From the NCBI GenBank assembly GCA_020345725.1, contig CP070767.1:179215-231802 (forward strand): a DNA stretch of 52,588 nucleotides, in the 5' to 3' direction. The DNA is from Methanobacteriota archaeon (GTDB lineage Archaea > Thermoplasmatota > Thermoplasmata > RBG-16-68-12 > SOIM01). Under the pieces are notes generated by a model. The model had not been told where the DNA came from. It ran no database searches and was given only the letters and a program-made list of their open reading frames with translations. Shown here in pieces: positions 8,272 through 15,901 of the stretch; the first letter of the stretch is position 1, and every line of letters starts with the position of its first letter. A program made the translations under genes and the position numbers.

Positions 8272-11200
8272 CTATGCCACCCCCAAACAAGCGTCAATCA
8301 TAGCATTTAGCTGGTCGAGCTTGAATTTCCATATGAATATACCTTCTTTGGGACATGTAGCTTGGCAACAACCGCAGCCCTTGCAGGCCGCTTCATTCAC
8401 GTCCACAGTCTTCTTAACCGAACCGCTGCTCATGTACTCTATCAGCGTTATCGCATCGTATGGGCAAGGTTCCACACAGTAGGCGCATCCATCGCAGTTC
8501 TTGTCCACCACGTGCGATATGGTGGGCTCGATTTCTATCTCGTCCTTGGATAGAATCGTTGCAGCCCGGGCAACTGCACCGTAAGCCTGAGCTATGCTCT
8601 CATCAACGAACTTGGGTCCGTGGGCAAGGCCGCACAGGAAGACTCCTTCAGTAGCGAAATCGACTGGTCTGAGTTTCATGTGTGCCTCAAGGAAGAAGTT
8701 GTCCTTTGTCAAAGGTATCTTCAGCATCTGTCCCACCTCTTCGCTGTCAGGCTGTGGAAGAACCGGGACGCTTAGAACCAGGAAGTCTGTTTCAATCTTC
8801 AAAGGCTCGTCCAACACCGGGTCCCTGAGTGTAATCGTTAGACCGTCACCTCCAGGAACCACGTTCGGCTCATTGTCATCGTCATATCGTACGAACACAA
8901 CTCCCTTTTCGGAAGCCTCTTGGAAATGGTCCTCGTTGAAGCCATATGTTCTGATGTCCTTGTAGAGAATATACACGTCCGCGTCTGGGTTCTTTTCCTT
9001 GATCTTCAGTGCGTTCTTGATAGCTTCAGAACAGCATATCCTGCTGCAGTTGGGTCTTTCCTCGTTTCTGGATCCGACACACTGTATCATTGCTATCTTG
9101 CTCTTACTAGCAAGGTCAATCTCTCCCTTCGTCATCTTCTCCTCGAACTCTAGCTGGGTCATTACGTTCGGGTTCTGTCCGTAGAGGTATTCGGATGGTT
9201 TGTGCTCTATTCCTCCCGTAGCAACAATCACCACACCGTGGTCTATTGTCTCTCCTCCTTCGAGAGTTGTGGTGAAGTTCCCAATGTAACCGTCTATCTT
9301 CTCGATTTTACTTCCGATGTGTACGTTCACTTTTGGATTCTCATTGACCCGTGTAGTAATCTCTTCCAATTTCTTCTGGGGGTCCGCCTTCGCAAGGAGG
9401 TGATGAATCCTCTTTAGATTTCCACCCAGTTCGTTTTCCCTTTCAACAAGATGTACATCGAATCCTTGGTCAGCAAGACCCAAGGCAGCGGTCATTCCGC
9501 TGAGGCCTCCTCCTATCACCAACGCGGTCTGGTTCACAGGTAGTTTCCCCTTCTGCAAGGGATCAAGGAGGGCAGTCTTTGCCACAACCATTCTGACAAG
9601 GTCCTTTGCCTTCTCAGTAGCCTTCTCCTTCTCGTGCATGTGAACCCACGAGCCCTGATCCCTTATGTTGGCCATCTCGAACAGATAGGGGTTCAATCCA
9701 GCCTCGTGAAGGGTCTCCTGAAACAACGGTTCATGGGTTCTTGGACTGCAGGAGGCAACTATCACTCTATTCAGATTCTCCTCCTTTATGACCTCCTTCA
9801 TCTTTGTCTGTGTGTCGTCCGAACAAGTGAAGAGGTTCTCGTCCGCGAAGACCACGTTGGGCAATGTCTTGGCGTATTCCACAACCCCAGGAACGTCCAC
9901 AACACTGCCTATGTTTATTCCGCAATGGCAGATGAAGACGCCAATCCTTGGCTCCTGACCAGTAACATCGATCTCTTCTGGATATTCTTTCTTCTGTGTC
10001 AGAGTATCTCTTGCCGATGACACCACATTTGCCGCTCTCGCAGCTGCCCCAGATGCCTCAGCAACTGTCCCAGGTATGTCCTTTGGACCTGCGAATGCTC
10101 CTCCGACGTATATGCCCGGCCTGGATGTGTCGAGCGGATCGAATAGCTTGGCCTCCACGAAGTTGTGTCCGTTAAGCTTGAATCCCAACCGGTGGCTCAA
10201 TATCTCTGCTTCCACGGGAGGGTTCATAGCTATTGACAGCACAACCATGTTGAAGACCTCTTGGACCACTTCACCCTTCTCTACATAGGAAACTATCAGA
10301 TCTTCTGTGTCTGGATCCTCCTCAACTCCCGAGACCCTTGACCTGACGAATCTCACTCCAGCCTCATCCTCAGCCCTGATGTAGTACTTCTCGAACTCCT
10401 TTCCGTACGCTCGCATGTCCATGAAGAATATGGTCGGCTCGATATCCTCGAAGTGCTCCTTTGCGATTATTGCTTCTTTGAGTGCATACATGCAGCAAAC
10501 AGCAGAACAGTATGTGTTACCCTTCGCCTTATCCCTGGAACCCACACACTGGATCCACGCCACCTTCTTAGGTATGTCTCCGTCTGAAGGTCTGACAACA
10601 GTACCCAGGTGAGGGCCAGTCGCACTCAACATCCTCTCAAACTCGAGGCTTGTGAGGACGTTCTTGAACCTTCCATATCCATATTCGCTTCTGATAGTCG
10701 GGTCGAACTTCGATGAACCTGGAGAGAGCACAATAGATCCAACTTGGAGCTCCAAGATTTTCTCCTTCTGATCGTATTCGACAGCCTCTGCCTTACACTC
10801 TCCCTCGCAGATTCCACAGCCAATGCACTTCTCCCTGTCTATCATGTAGACCAAGGGGACTGACTGAGGATACCTCACATAGACAGCCTTCCTGTGCCTC
10901 AATCCCTCGTTGAACTCGTCAATCGCTTCGGTGGGGCATTTCTCGGCACAAACACCGCAACCTGTACACTTCTCTTCATCGATGCGCCTTGGGTATTTCT
11001 TCAAAGTCACCAGGAAGTTGCCAGCTTCACCGTCAATCATCTCTACTTCCGCATTTGTAATGAGCTCAATGTTCTCATGGCGTCCTGTCGCAACGAGCTT
11101 GGGAGCCATTATGCACATAGCGCAGTCGTTGGTGGGGAACGTCTTGTCCAGCTGGGACATGACTCCGCCGATGCTTGGCCCTCTTTCCACCAGGTAGACC

Positions 11201-11289
11201 TTGAATCCTGCATCTGCCAGGTCGAGTGAGGACTGCATTCCGGAAATGCCGCCTCCGATGACCATCACTGCTCCTACGGGCTCTGCCAT
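8272..11289 (-). CDS. hdrA: Double-length HdrA-like flavo-iron-sulfur protein (1005 aa from ATG 11289; the ORF track starts at 11319)
   Basis: N-terminal half: GGGISGMQ, FPTNDCAMC, an inserted ferredoxin (CTGCGVCAEKCP, CIGCGICEGEC), CVGSRD and CCMYALKEA. C-terminal half is a complete canonical HdrA: VFICHCGINIG, ASCSPRTHEP, second GGGLSGMT, CVGSRNEERPNCSRICC, FFLEAHMKLRP and a C-terminal CDGCAYCVEPCP / CKGCGCCQATCP. SD GGGAGGTGA precedes ATG 11289. Confidence 0.9.
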   Translation of the reverse strand: MAEPVGAVMVIGGGISGMQSSLDLADAGFKVYLVERGPSIGGVMSQLDKTFPTNDCAMCIMAPKLVATGRHENIELITNAEVEMIDGEAGNFLVTLKKYPRRIDEEKCTGCGVCAEKCPTEAIDEFNEGLRHRKAVYVRYPQSVPLVYMIDREKCIGCGICEGECKAEAVEYDQKEKILELQVGSIVLSPGSSKFDPTIRSEYGYGRFKNVLTSLEFERMLSATGPHLGTVVRPSDGDIPKKVAWIQCVGSRDKAKGNTYCSAVCCMYALKEAIIAKEHFEDIEPTIFFMDMRAYGKEFEKYYIRAEDEAGVRFVRSRVSGVEEDPDTEDLIVSYVEKGEVVQEVFNMVVLSIAMNPPVEAEILSHRLGFKLNGHNFVEAKLFDPLDTSRPGIYVGGAFAGPKDIPGTVAEASGAAARAANVVSSARDTLTQKKEYPEEIDVTGQEPRIGVFICHCGINIGSVVDVPGVVEYAKTLPNVVFADENLFTCSDDTQTKMKEVIKEENLNRVIVASCSPRTHEPLFQETLHEAGLNPYLFEMANIRDQGSWVHMHEKEKATEKAKDLVRMVVAKTALLDPLQKGKLPVNQTALVIGGGLSGMTAALGLADQGFDVHLVERENELGGNLKRIHHLLAKADPQKKLEEITTRVNENPKVNVHIGSKIEKIDGYIGNFTTTLEGGETIDHGVVIVATGGIEHKPSEYLYGQNPNVMTQLEFEEKMTKGEIDLASKSKIAMIQCVGSRNEERPNCSRICCSEAIKNALKIKEKNPDADVYILYKDIRTYGFNEDHFQEASEKGVVFVRYDDDNEPNVVPGGDGLTITLRDPVLDEPLKIETDFLVLSVPVLPQPDSEEVGQMLKIPLTKDNFFLEAHMKLRPVDFATEGVFLCGLAHGPKFVDESIAQAYGAVARAATILSKDEIEIEPTISHVVDKNCDGCAYCVEPCPYDAITLIEYMSSGSVKKTVDVNEAACKGCGCCQATCPKEGIFIWKFKLDQLNAMIDACLGVA

Positions 11290-11290
11290 T

Positions 11291-12064
11291 CTAGTCACCT
11301 CCCACCCTAAGAGCAACATAATAGGGAGTCATTCCTTCTATATGGTCAACTGCAAGGAGGTTCTTCTGTCTCAGAGTTGCGATGTGCTCCACAATTCTGT
11401 CTGTTGGGAGTTTAGTGACCTGGGACAGCTCCTTTGCTGAAGCAGGTTTGCTTGATGTTATTTCAAGAATCAGGCTTCTTCGGAATTCATCCTCGATTGC
11501 AGCGTCTATGATCTCTCGCATCTCATCTTCTGTTTTCTTCTCTCCATAGACGTTTCCATCCTCTATCATTCCGACTTCGTGCCCAAGAAGGGCTCTGATA
11601 CGGAAATCAAGGGAAGTGTCAACTGCCGCTCCGACCCTGCTTGCCAGGTCCGAGTCTTCCATCACCTTTGAAGGACCCAATTCCTTTATCTTCTCGGTGA
11701 ATTCAGCGACCGTCGAGGCAAACCTCTCTCCCTCTGAAGCGCTTATCCACTCAAGACGGAATCTGTCCACTTCCAAGCCCGCTTTCTCCATGAGCCTCCT
11801 TATGACAAAGGCCCTCTTCTCTGTGTGATAGTTGCCCGAAATATAGTGACAATCGCCGATGTGACATCCACCTATCATGATTCCGTCCGCACCCTCTTTG
11901 AAAAGTGTCAGGACTATCATCGGGTCTACCCGGGCACTGCACATGACTCTGATGATTCTAATCTCTGGAGGATATTGGTATCGGCTCACTCCGGCCAAAT
12001 CGGCACCCGCATACGAGCACCAGTTGCAGAGAAAACCCACTATCTTAGGTTCGAACTCAGTCAT
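11291..12064 (-). CDS. mvhD: MvhD-domain protein with a C-terminal winged-helix-like domain (257 aa)
   Basis: [21 protein letters not shown] and GGCHIGDCHY (MvhD/FlpD domain). After a ~70-aa linker comes SAKELSQVTKLPTDRIVEHIATLRQKNLLAV (HTH-like). The ATG overlaps the stop of the upstream hdrA part (TGATG). Confidence 0.85.
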   Translation of the reverse strand: MTEFEPKIVGFLCNWCSYAGADLAGVSRYQYPPEIRIIRVMCSARVDPMIVLTLFKEGADGIMIGGCHIGDCHYISGNYHTEKRAFVIRRLMEKAGLEVDRFRLEWISASEGERFASTVAEFTEKIKELGPSKVMEDSDLASRVGAAVDTSLDFRIRALLGHEVGMIEDGNVYGEKKTEDEMREIIDAAIEDEFRRSLILEITSSKPASAKELSQVTKLPTDRIVEHIATLRQKNLLAVDHIEGMTPYYVALRVGGD

Positions 12065-14025
12065 CACATCGCCCCCTGGAGAATGCTCCTACCTTGAGCA
12101 AGTAGCTGATCATCTGTGTAATTCATCATCTGGATAGCTTTCTCGGGGCATGTCGCTCCGCAGCAACCGCACCCCTTGCAGGCCGCAGCAAGAACCTCTG
12201 CGACTCCGTCATCACTCAACCTGATGGCACCATAGGGGCAATTGGCTTCACACGTTCCACAACCGGTGCAGATTTCTGGGTCGACCTGGGCTAGTATCGC
12301 TTCCGCTTGAATGAACCCTCTGGCCATTGGAATCGCAGCACGAGAAGCAGTCCCCAGTCCTTGTGCAACGCTCTCCGTGATATCCGCAGGTCCCCTCGCT
12401 GTTCCGCACACAAAGATACCATCTGTCGCGAAGTCAATAGGTCTTAGCTTCATGTGGGCCTCAAGGAAGAACCCGTCCCGTCCGATAGGGATCTTGAGCT
12501 TCTTCGACAGGTCCGCGGCATCAGGAGGAGCGATCAAGGGAGTTGCCAGCACAACCATGTCGGCCTGCAGCTTCCTTTCTGTCTTGAGTGTCTCATGGTA
12601 ATAGTTCACGACCAACTTGTCCCCTTCCTGAGTTACCTTGGGAAGGTTGTCAGTCGTGTATCTTACGAACCTGATTCTCTTCTCCCTCGCCTTGTTGTAG
12701 TAGACCTCGTGGTCTGCTCCGTATGTTGTCACATCCCTGTTGAATATGGTTATCTCCGGTCCTCCAGTTGGAGCGGGGCCAGGAGCCGCCTCGCCCTCCG
12801 CTGAAACCATCCGCCTTCTTCTCCTTCTCCTCGATGATATCTCAGGGACGGAAACATCCACCTCTACTCTCTCGGCACCTTCTTCGCCCATTATCTCTGC
12901 AAAATTCTCTGTGATATACAGCGCGTTCTTTATCGAGATGACGCAGCAAATCCTCGAGCAGTAAGACTTATCCTGTCCCCTTGACCCAACACACTGGATG
13001 AAGGCTACATTCTTGATCTTGGGGAGCTTGCCGCTCTTACAAAGGATCTCAAACTCTGTCAGCGTCACTACATTGTCGTACATCCCGTATCCATAGAGTC
13101 CTTCAGGTATGTACTCCAACGCTCCTGTTGCTACAATGATCGTGCCCACCTTGACTTCCTTGCTGGAACCGTTGGTGACGATGGTTGTGTCGAAGTTTCC
13201 GATGAACCCACTCACGGACTCCACCTGCGAGTTCAAATGAACTGTGATATTCTCATGTGCCTGGACGTGTTCAATTAGCGGTTTGATCGTGTCCTCGGCA
13301 CTCTTGTCCCCCAGGGACAAACTGTTCAAGTTCCTTGTGAAACCTCCCAAAACACCCTCCTTCTCAACCAGATGGACATCAAAACCCTGGCGTGCAACGG
13401 AGAGGGCCGCGCTCAATCCTGCCACCCCACCTCCTATGACTAGAGACCGGGGAACAACGTCCACCTTCATCTCTTCTTGCGGAACCAACAGGGCAGCTTT
13501 GGAAACTGAGGATTTGATCAGGTCCTTCGCTTTCCGGGTCGCATCTTCCTTTTCCTTCATGTGGACCCAGGAACACTGCTCTCTGATGTTCGCAAACTCA
13601 AACAGATACTTGTTGAGACCTGCTTCCTCGCAAACTCCCTGGAACAGAGGTGCGTGCGTTCTGGGTGTGCAGGACGCCACTATGACTCTGTTCAGCTTGT
13701 GCTCTTTGATAGCATCTCGTATTGCAGTCAATCCGTCCTCCGCACAGGTGTAGAGGTTATCTCTGGCGAAAGCGACGTTTGGCAGTGTTTTCACATATTC
13801 CACAACAGCTGGAACATCCACGAATCCACCTATGTTCGTGCCGCAGTGGCACACAAATACTCCAATCCGCAGTTCTTCTGAGTCTGGTGTTGGCGGCGTT
13901 TCAGGAGCCTCCTCATCCGGTTCAACTGGGGGTTCGGCAATTGGTTCTTGCTGAACCACTGGAGTCTGTGGGGCCTGCTCTTCTTGCTCGATTGGAGTTT
14001 CCGGAGTCTGCTCCTCTGGCTCCAT
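12064..14025 (-). CDS. hdrA: HdrA, canonical-type C-terminal portion of a split long HdrA (653 aa) with a Pro/Glu-rich N-terminal tail and a poly-Arg insertion
   Basis: VFVCHCGTNIGG, ASCTPRTHAP, GGGVAGLS, CVGSRGQDKSYCSRICC, FFLEAHMKLRP, CTGCGTCEANCP and CKGCGCCGATCP. Residues 1-50 are low complexity (PETPIEQEEQAPQTP...). Seven consecutive Arg at 12811-12831. Confidence 0.9.
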   Translation of the reverse strand: MEPEEQTPETPIEQEEQAPQTPVVQQEPIAEPPVEPDEEAPETPPTPDSEELRIGVFVCHCGTNIGGFVDVPAVVEYVKTLPNVAFARDNLYTCAEDGLTAIRDAIKEHKLNRVIVASCTPRTHAPLFQGVCEEAGLNKYLFEFANIREQCSWVHMKEKEDATRKAKDLIKSSVSKAALLVPQEEMKVDVVPRSLVIGGGVAGLSAALSVARQGFDVHLVEKEGVLGGFTRNLNSLSLGDKSAEDTIKPLIEHVQAHENITVHLNSQVESVSGFIGNFDTTIVTNGSSKEVKVGTIIVATGALEYIPEGLYGYGMYDNVVTLTEFEILCKSGKLPKIKNVAFIQCVGSRGQDKSYCSRICCVISIKNALYITENFAEIMGEEGAERVEVDVSVPEISSRRRRRRRMVSAEGEAAPGPAPTGGPEITIFNRDVTTYGADHEVYYNKAREKRIRFVRYTTDNLPKVTQEGDKLVVNYYHETLKTERKLQADMVVLATPLIAPPDAADLSKKLKIPIGRDGFFLEAHMKLRPIDFATDGIFVCGTARGPADITESVAQGLGTASRAAIPMARGFIQAEAILAQVDPEICTGCGTCEANCPYGAIRLSDDGVAEVLAAACKGCGCCGATCPEKAIQMMNYTDDQLLAQGRSILQGAM

Positions 14026-15332
14026 TAACCAGTCACCCCCTTTGCAAGAACGGTTTCAACGGCTCTAGCTGCTGCGGCTGAAGCTTCGGCGACAGCCTCA
14101 GGTATGTCCATTGGTTCTCTGCAGTATCCTGCCAGATACACTCCTTCTCGAACAGTATCCATTGGCGCAAGTATCCTATCCTTGGATTCAAAGAACTTAA
14201 ACTCAGTAAGCGGAATGCCCAACATTTCCGCGATCTTGATTGCATCCGGCCTGGGAACCAAGGTTGTCGCGAGGACCACCATATCGAATTCCTCCTTCTC
14301 CGGTCGGCCTGCAACGTCGTACACTACGATTGGATTGTTATTCTCAGGATTCTCCTGGACGGTGGCATCCGAGTTGATGTATCTCACACCGTAGTCATTC
14401 TTGGCCCGCTCAACATATTCAAAGAAACCCTTCCCGAAGGCCCTGAGGTCCTTGTAGAATATCGTTGAATCGATATCGTCATGATGCTCTCTTGCGAGCA
14501 TGGCTTCCTTGGTAGAGAACATACAGCACACAGAGCAGCAGTATGCATGCCCCAATTGTGGGTTCCTTGAACCAACACACTGAATGAATGCGAGCTTGTG
14601 TGGTCTCTCTCCATCTGACCTTCTCTTCATCTCTCCCCCTGTAGGGCCAGATGCGTTGATCATCCTCTCATATTCCATGCCAGTGAAGACATTGGGATAT
14701 TTCCCATAGCCGTACTCTGATGCCGGAGTTGGGTCCCAGATGTCATACCCTATAGCCACGATTATTGAACCAACATCAAGTACGACCTCTTCGTCCTTCT
14801 GATCAAAATCAACTGCCTCTCTTTCACAGAGGATCTTGCAGGCTCCACATTTCTCCTTAATGAACCAAGTGCAGTTCTCTTTGTCTATTGTGACCACCCT
14901 GGGCACTGCCTGTGCGAATGGCATGTAGATTACCTTTCTCTCACCAAGACCTTGATCAAACTCGTTCGGAACCTTCTGCGGGCATTTCGCAACGCACTCT
15001 TCGCACCCAGTACATTTCGTCTCATCGACATATCGAGCTTTTCTCAGCACCTTCACCTTGAACTTCCCGGCTTCACCATCGACCCCCACGACCTCTGAAT
15101 AGGTCAGAACATCGATGTTTGGATGGCCGTAACAGTCTGCCATCTTGGGTGCAAGGATGCAGATGGAACAGTCATTCGTTGGGAACGTCTTATCCAGCTG
15201 AGCCATTCTACCCCCAATGCTCGGGGTCTTCTCAACGAGGTAGACCTTCCCGCCCTTGTCTGCTATGTCTAGCGATGCTTGAATACCGGCGATTCCGCCT
15301 CCAATCACCAATACGTCTGTGGACACATTCAT
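14025..15332 (-). CDS. hdrA: HdrA-like / QmoA-like flavoprotein, N-terminal portion of a split long HdrA (435 aa)
   Basis: GGGIAGIQ, FPTNDCSIC, CTGCEECVAKCP, CGACKILCE, CVGSRN and CCSVCCMFSTKEA. Collinear with the N-terminal halves of the three fused copies. The TAA stop overlaps the next ATG (TAATG). SD GGGAGGT. Confidence 0.88.
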   Translation of the reverse strand: MNVSTDVLVIGGGIAGIQASLDIADKGGKVYLVEKTPSIGGRMAQLDKTFPTNDCSICILAPKMADCYGHPNIDVLTYSEVVGVDGEAGKFKVKVLRKARYVDETKCTGCEECVAKCPQKVPNEFDQGLGERKVIYMPFAQAVPRVVTIDKENCTWFIKEKCGACKILCEREAVDFDQKDEEVVLDVGSIIVAIGYDIWDPTPASEYGYGKYPNVFTGMEYERMINASGPTGGEMKRRSDGERPHKLAFIQCVGSRNPQLGHAYCCSVCCMFSTKEAMLAREHHDDIDSTIFYKDLRAFGKGFFEYVERAKNDYGVRYINSDATVQENPENNNPIVVYDVAGRPEKEEFDMVVLATTLVPRPDAIKIAEMLGIPLTEFKFFESKDRILAPMDTVREGVYLAGYCREPMDIPEAVAEASAAAARAVETVLAKGVTG

Positions 15333-15430
15333 ACCTCCCTAGAATTCGGGTAACAATACTGATTATTCTGATTGTTGGGACATGTGATAGGCCTCATCCG
15401 ACCTCCCCTTTCCTTGAAATAGTCAAATCG

Positions 15431-15440
15431 AATATAAAGA
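15431..15440 (-). promoter_or_regulatory. TATA-like box (TCTTTATATT on the minus strand) in the only sizeable spacer of the hdrA array
   Basis: The 122-nt gap 15333-15454 contains TTTATAT about 100 nt upstream of the hdrA-N ATG. This may be an internal promoter. Confidence 0.3.
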
Positions 15441-15454
15441 CTACTCTAATTGGC

Positions 15455-15898
15455 TTATGCAACAACTTCCTCTCCTTCCCCCAGACTCTCCTTCTTTGTC
15501 TTCTTCCAATCTTCCCTTGACATCTCGAACAGTGGAGTTGTGAACCGCTCTTTCTTCTTGAACTCCCGTACGTATCTTTGACAATCAGGATAAGTGCACG
15601 GATCGCAGTGTTTCTCCTTGCAGGCAAGCTCCACGACAACATATCTTCGGTCCGCTTCGATTCGCCCCTTCTTCTCTACGGTGCGGAGCTCGAACATACT
15701 TGTAGTGAATGGCTTCTTCTTGCCCATCTCCCGCGTGAATCTCTGACAATCAGGATAGGTGCACGGATCGCAATGCCTCTCCTTGCAGGCGAGTTCCAGC
15801 AACATGTATCTTCGGTCAATCTCCTTGTCAGTTCCCTTCTGAGTTTTCCCAGGGTTCTTTGACTTGGGTTTCTTCTTTCTTTCTTTGCTCTTCGGCAT
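15455..15898 (-). CDS. Very basic, internally duplicated Cys-rich protein (147 aa); two copies of DRRYxxxELACKE(R/K)HCDPCTYPDCQR(F/Y)
   Basis: The ATG is 3 nt after the stop of the mvhD-hdrCB fusion. It has a 55-aa tandem repeat, each carrying C-x4-C-x2-C-x4-C plus a His, and Lys-rich termini. No family recognised. Confidence 0.75.
   Translation of the reverse strand: MPKSKERKKKPKSKNPGKTQKGTDKEIDRRYMLLELACKERHCDPCTYPDCQRFTREMGKKKPFTTSMFELRTVEKKGRIEADRRYVVVELACKEKHCDPCTYPDCQRYVREFKKKERFTTPLFEMSREDWKKTKKESLGEGEEVVA
15563..15817 (-). repeat. Intragenic direct repeat: two ~90-nt copies (15563-15652 and 15728-15817), period 165 nt
   Basis: Hand alignment shows a block nearly identical in both copies (GACAATCAGGATA(A/G)GTGCACGGATCGCA...CTCCTTGCAGGC...ATCTTCGGTC). 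It encodes the duplicated Cys motif. Confidence 0.85.
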
Positions 15899-15901
15899 CC
15901 C

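Noticed and set aside
8173-8274. Possibility that the in-frame TAA/TAG in the last hdrA-mvhD pair reflect stop-codon recoding (pyrrolysine, selenocysteine or an alternative genetic code).
   Set aside because: Sec uses TGA and Pyl uses TAG, and neither explains a TAA at a Tyr position. TAA and TAG terminate many well-supported genes in this window. No pyl/sel machinery or recoding signal is visible.
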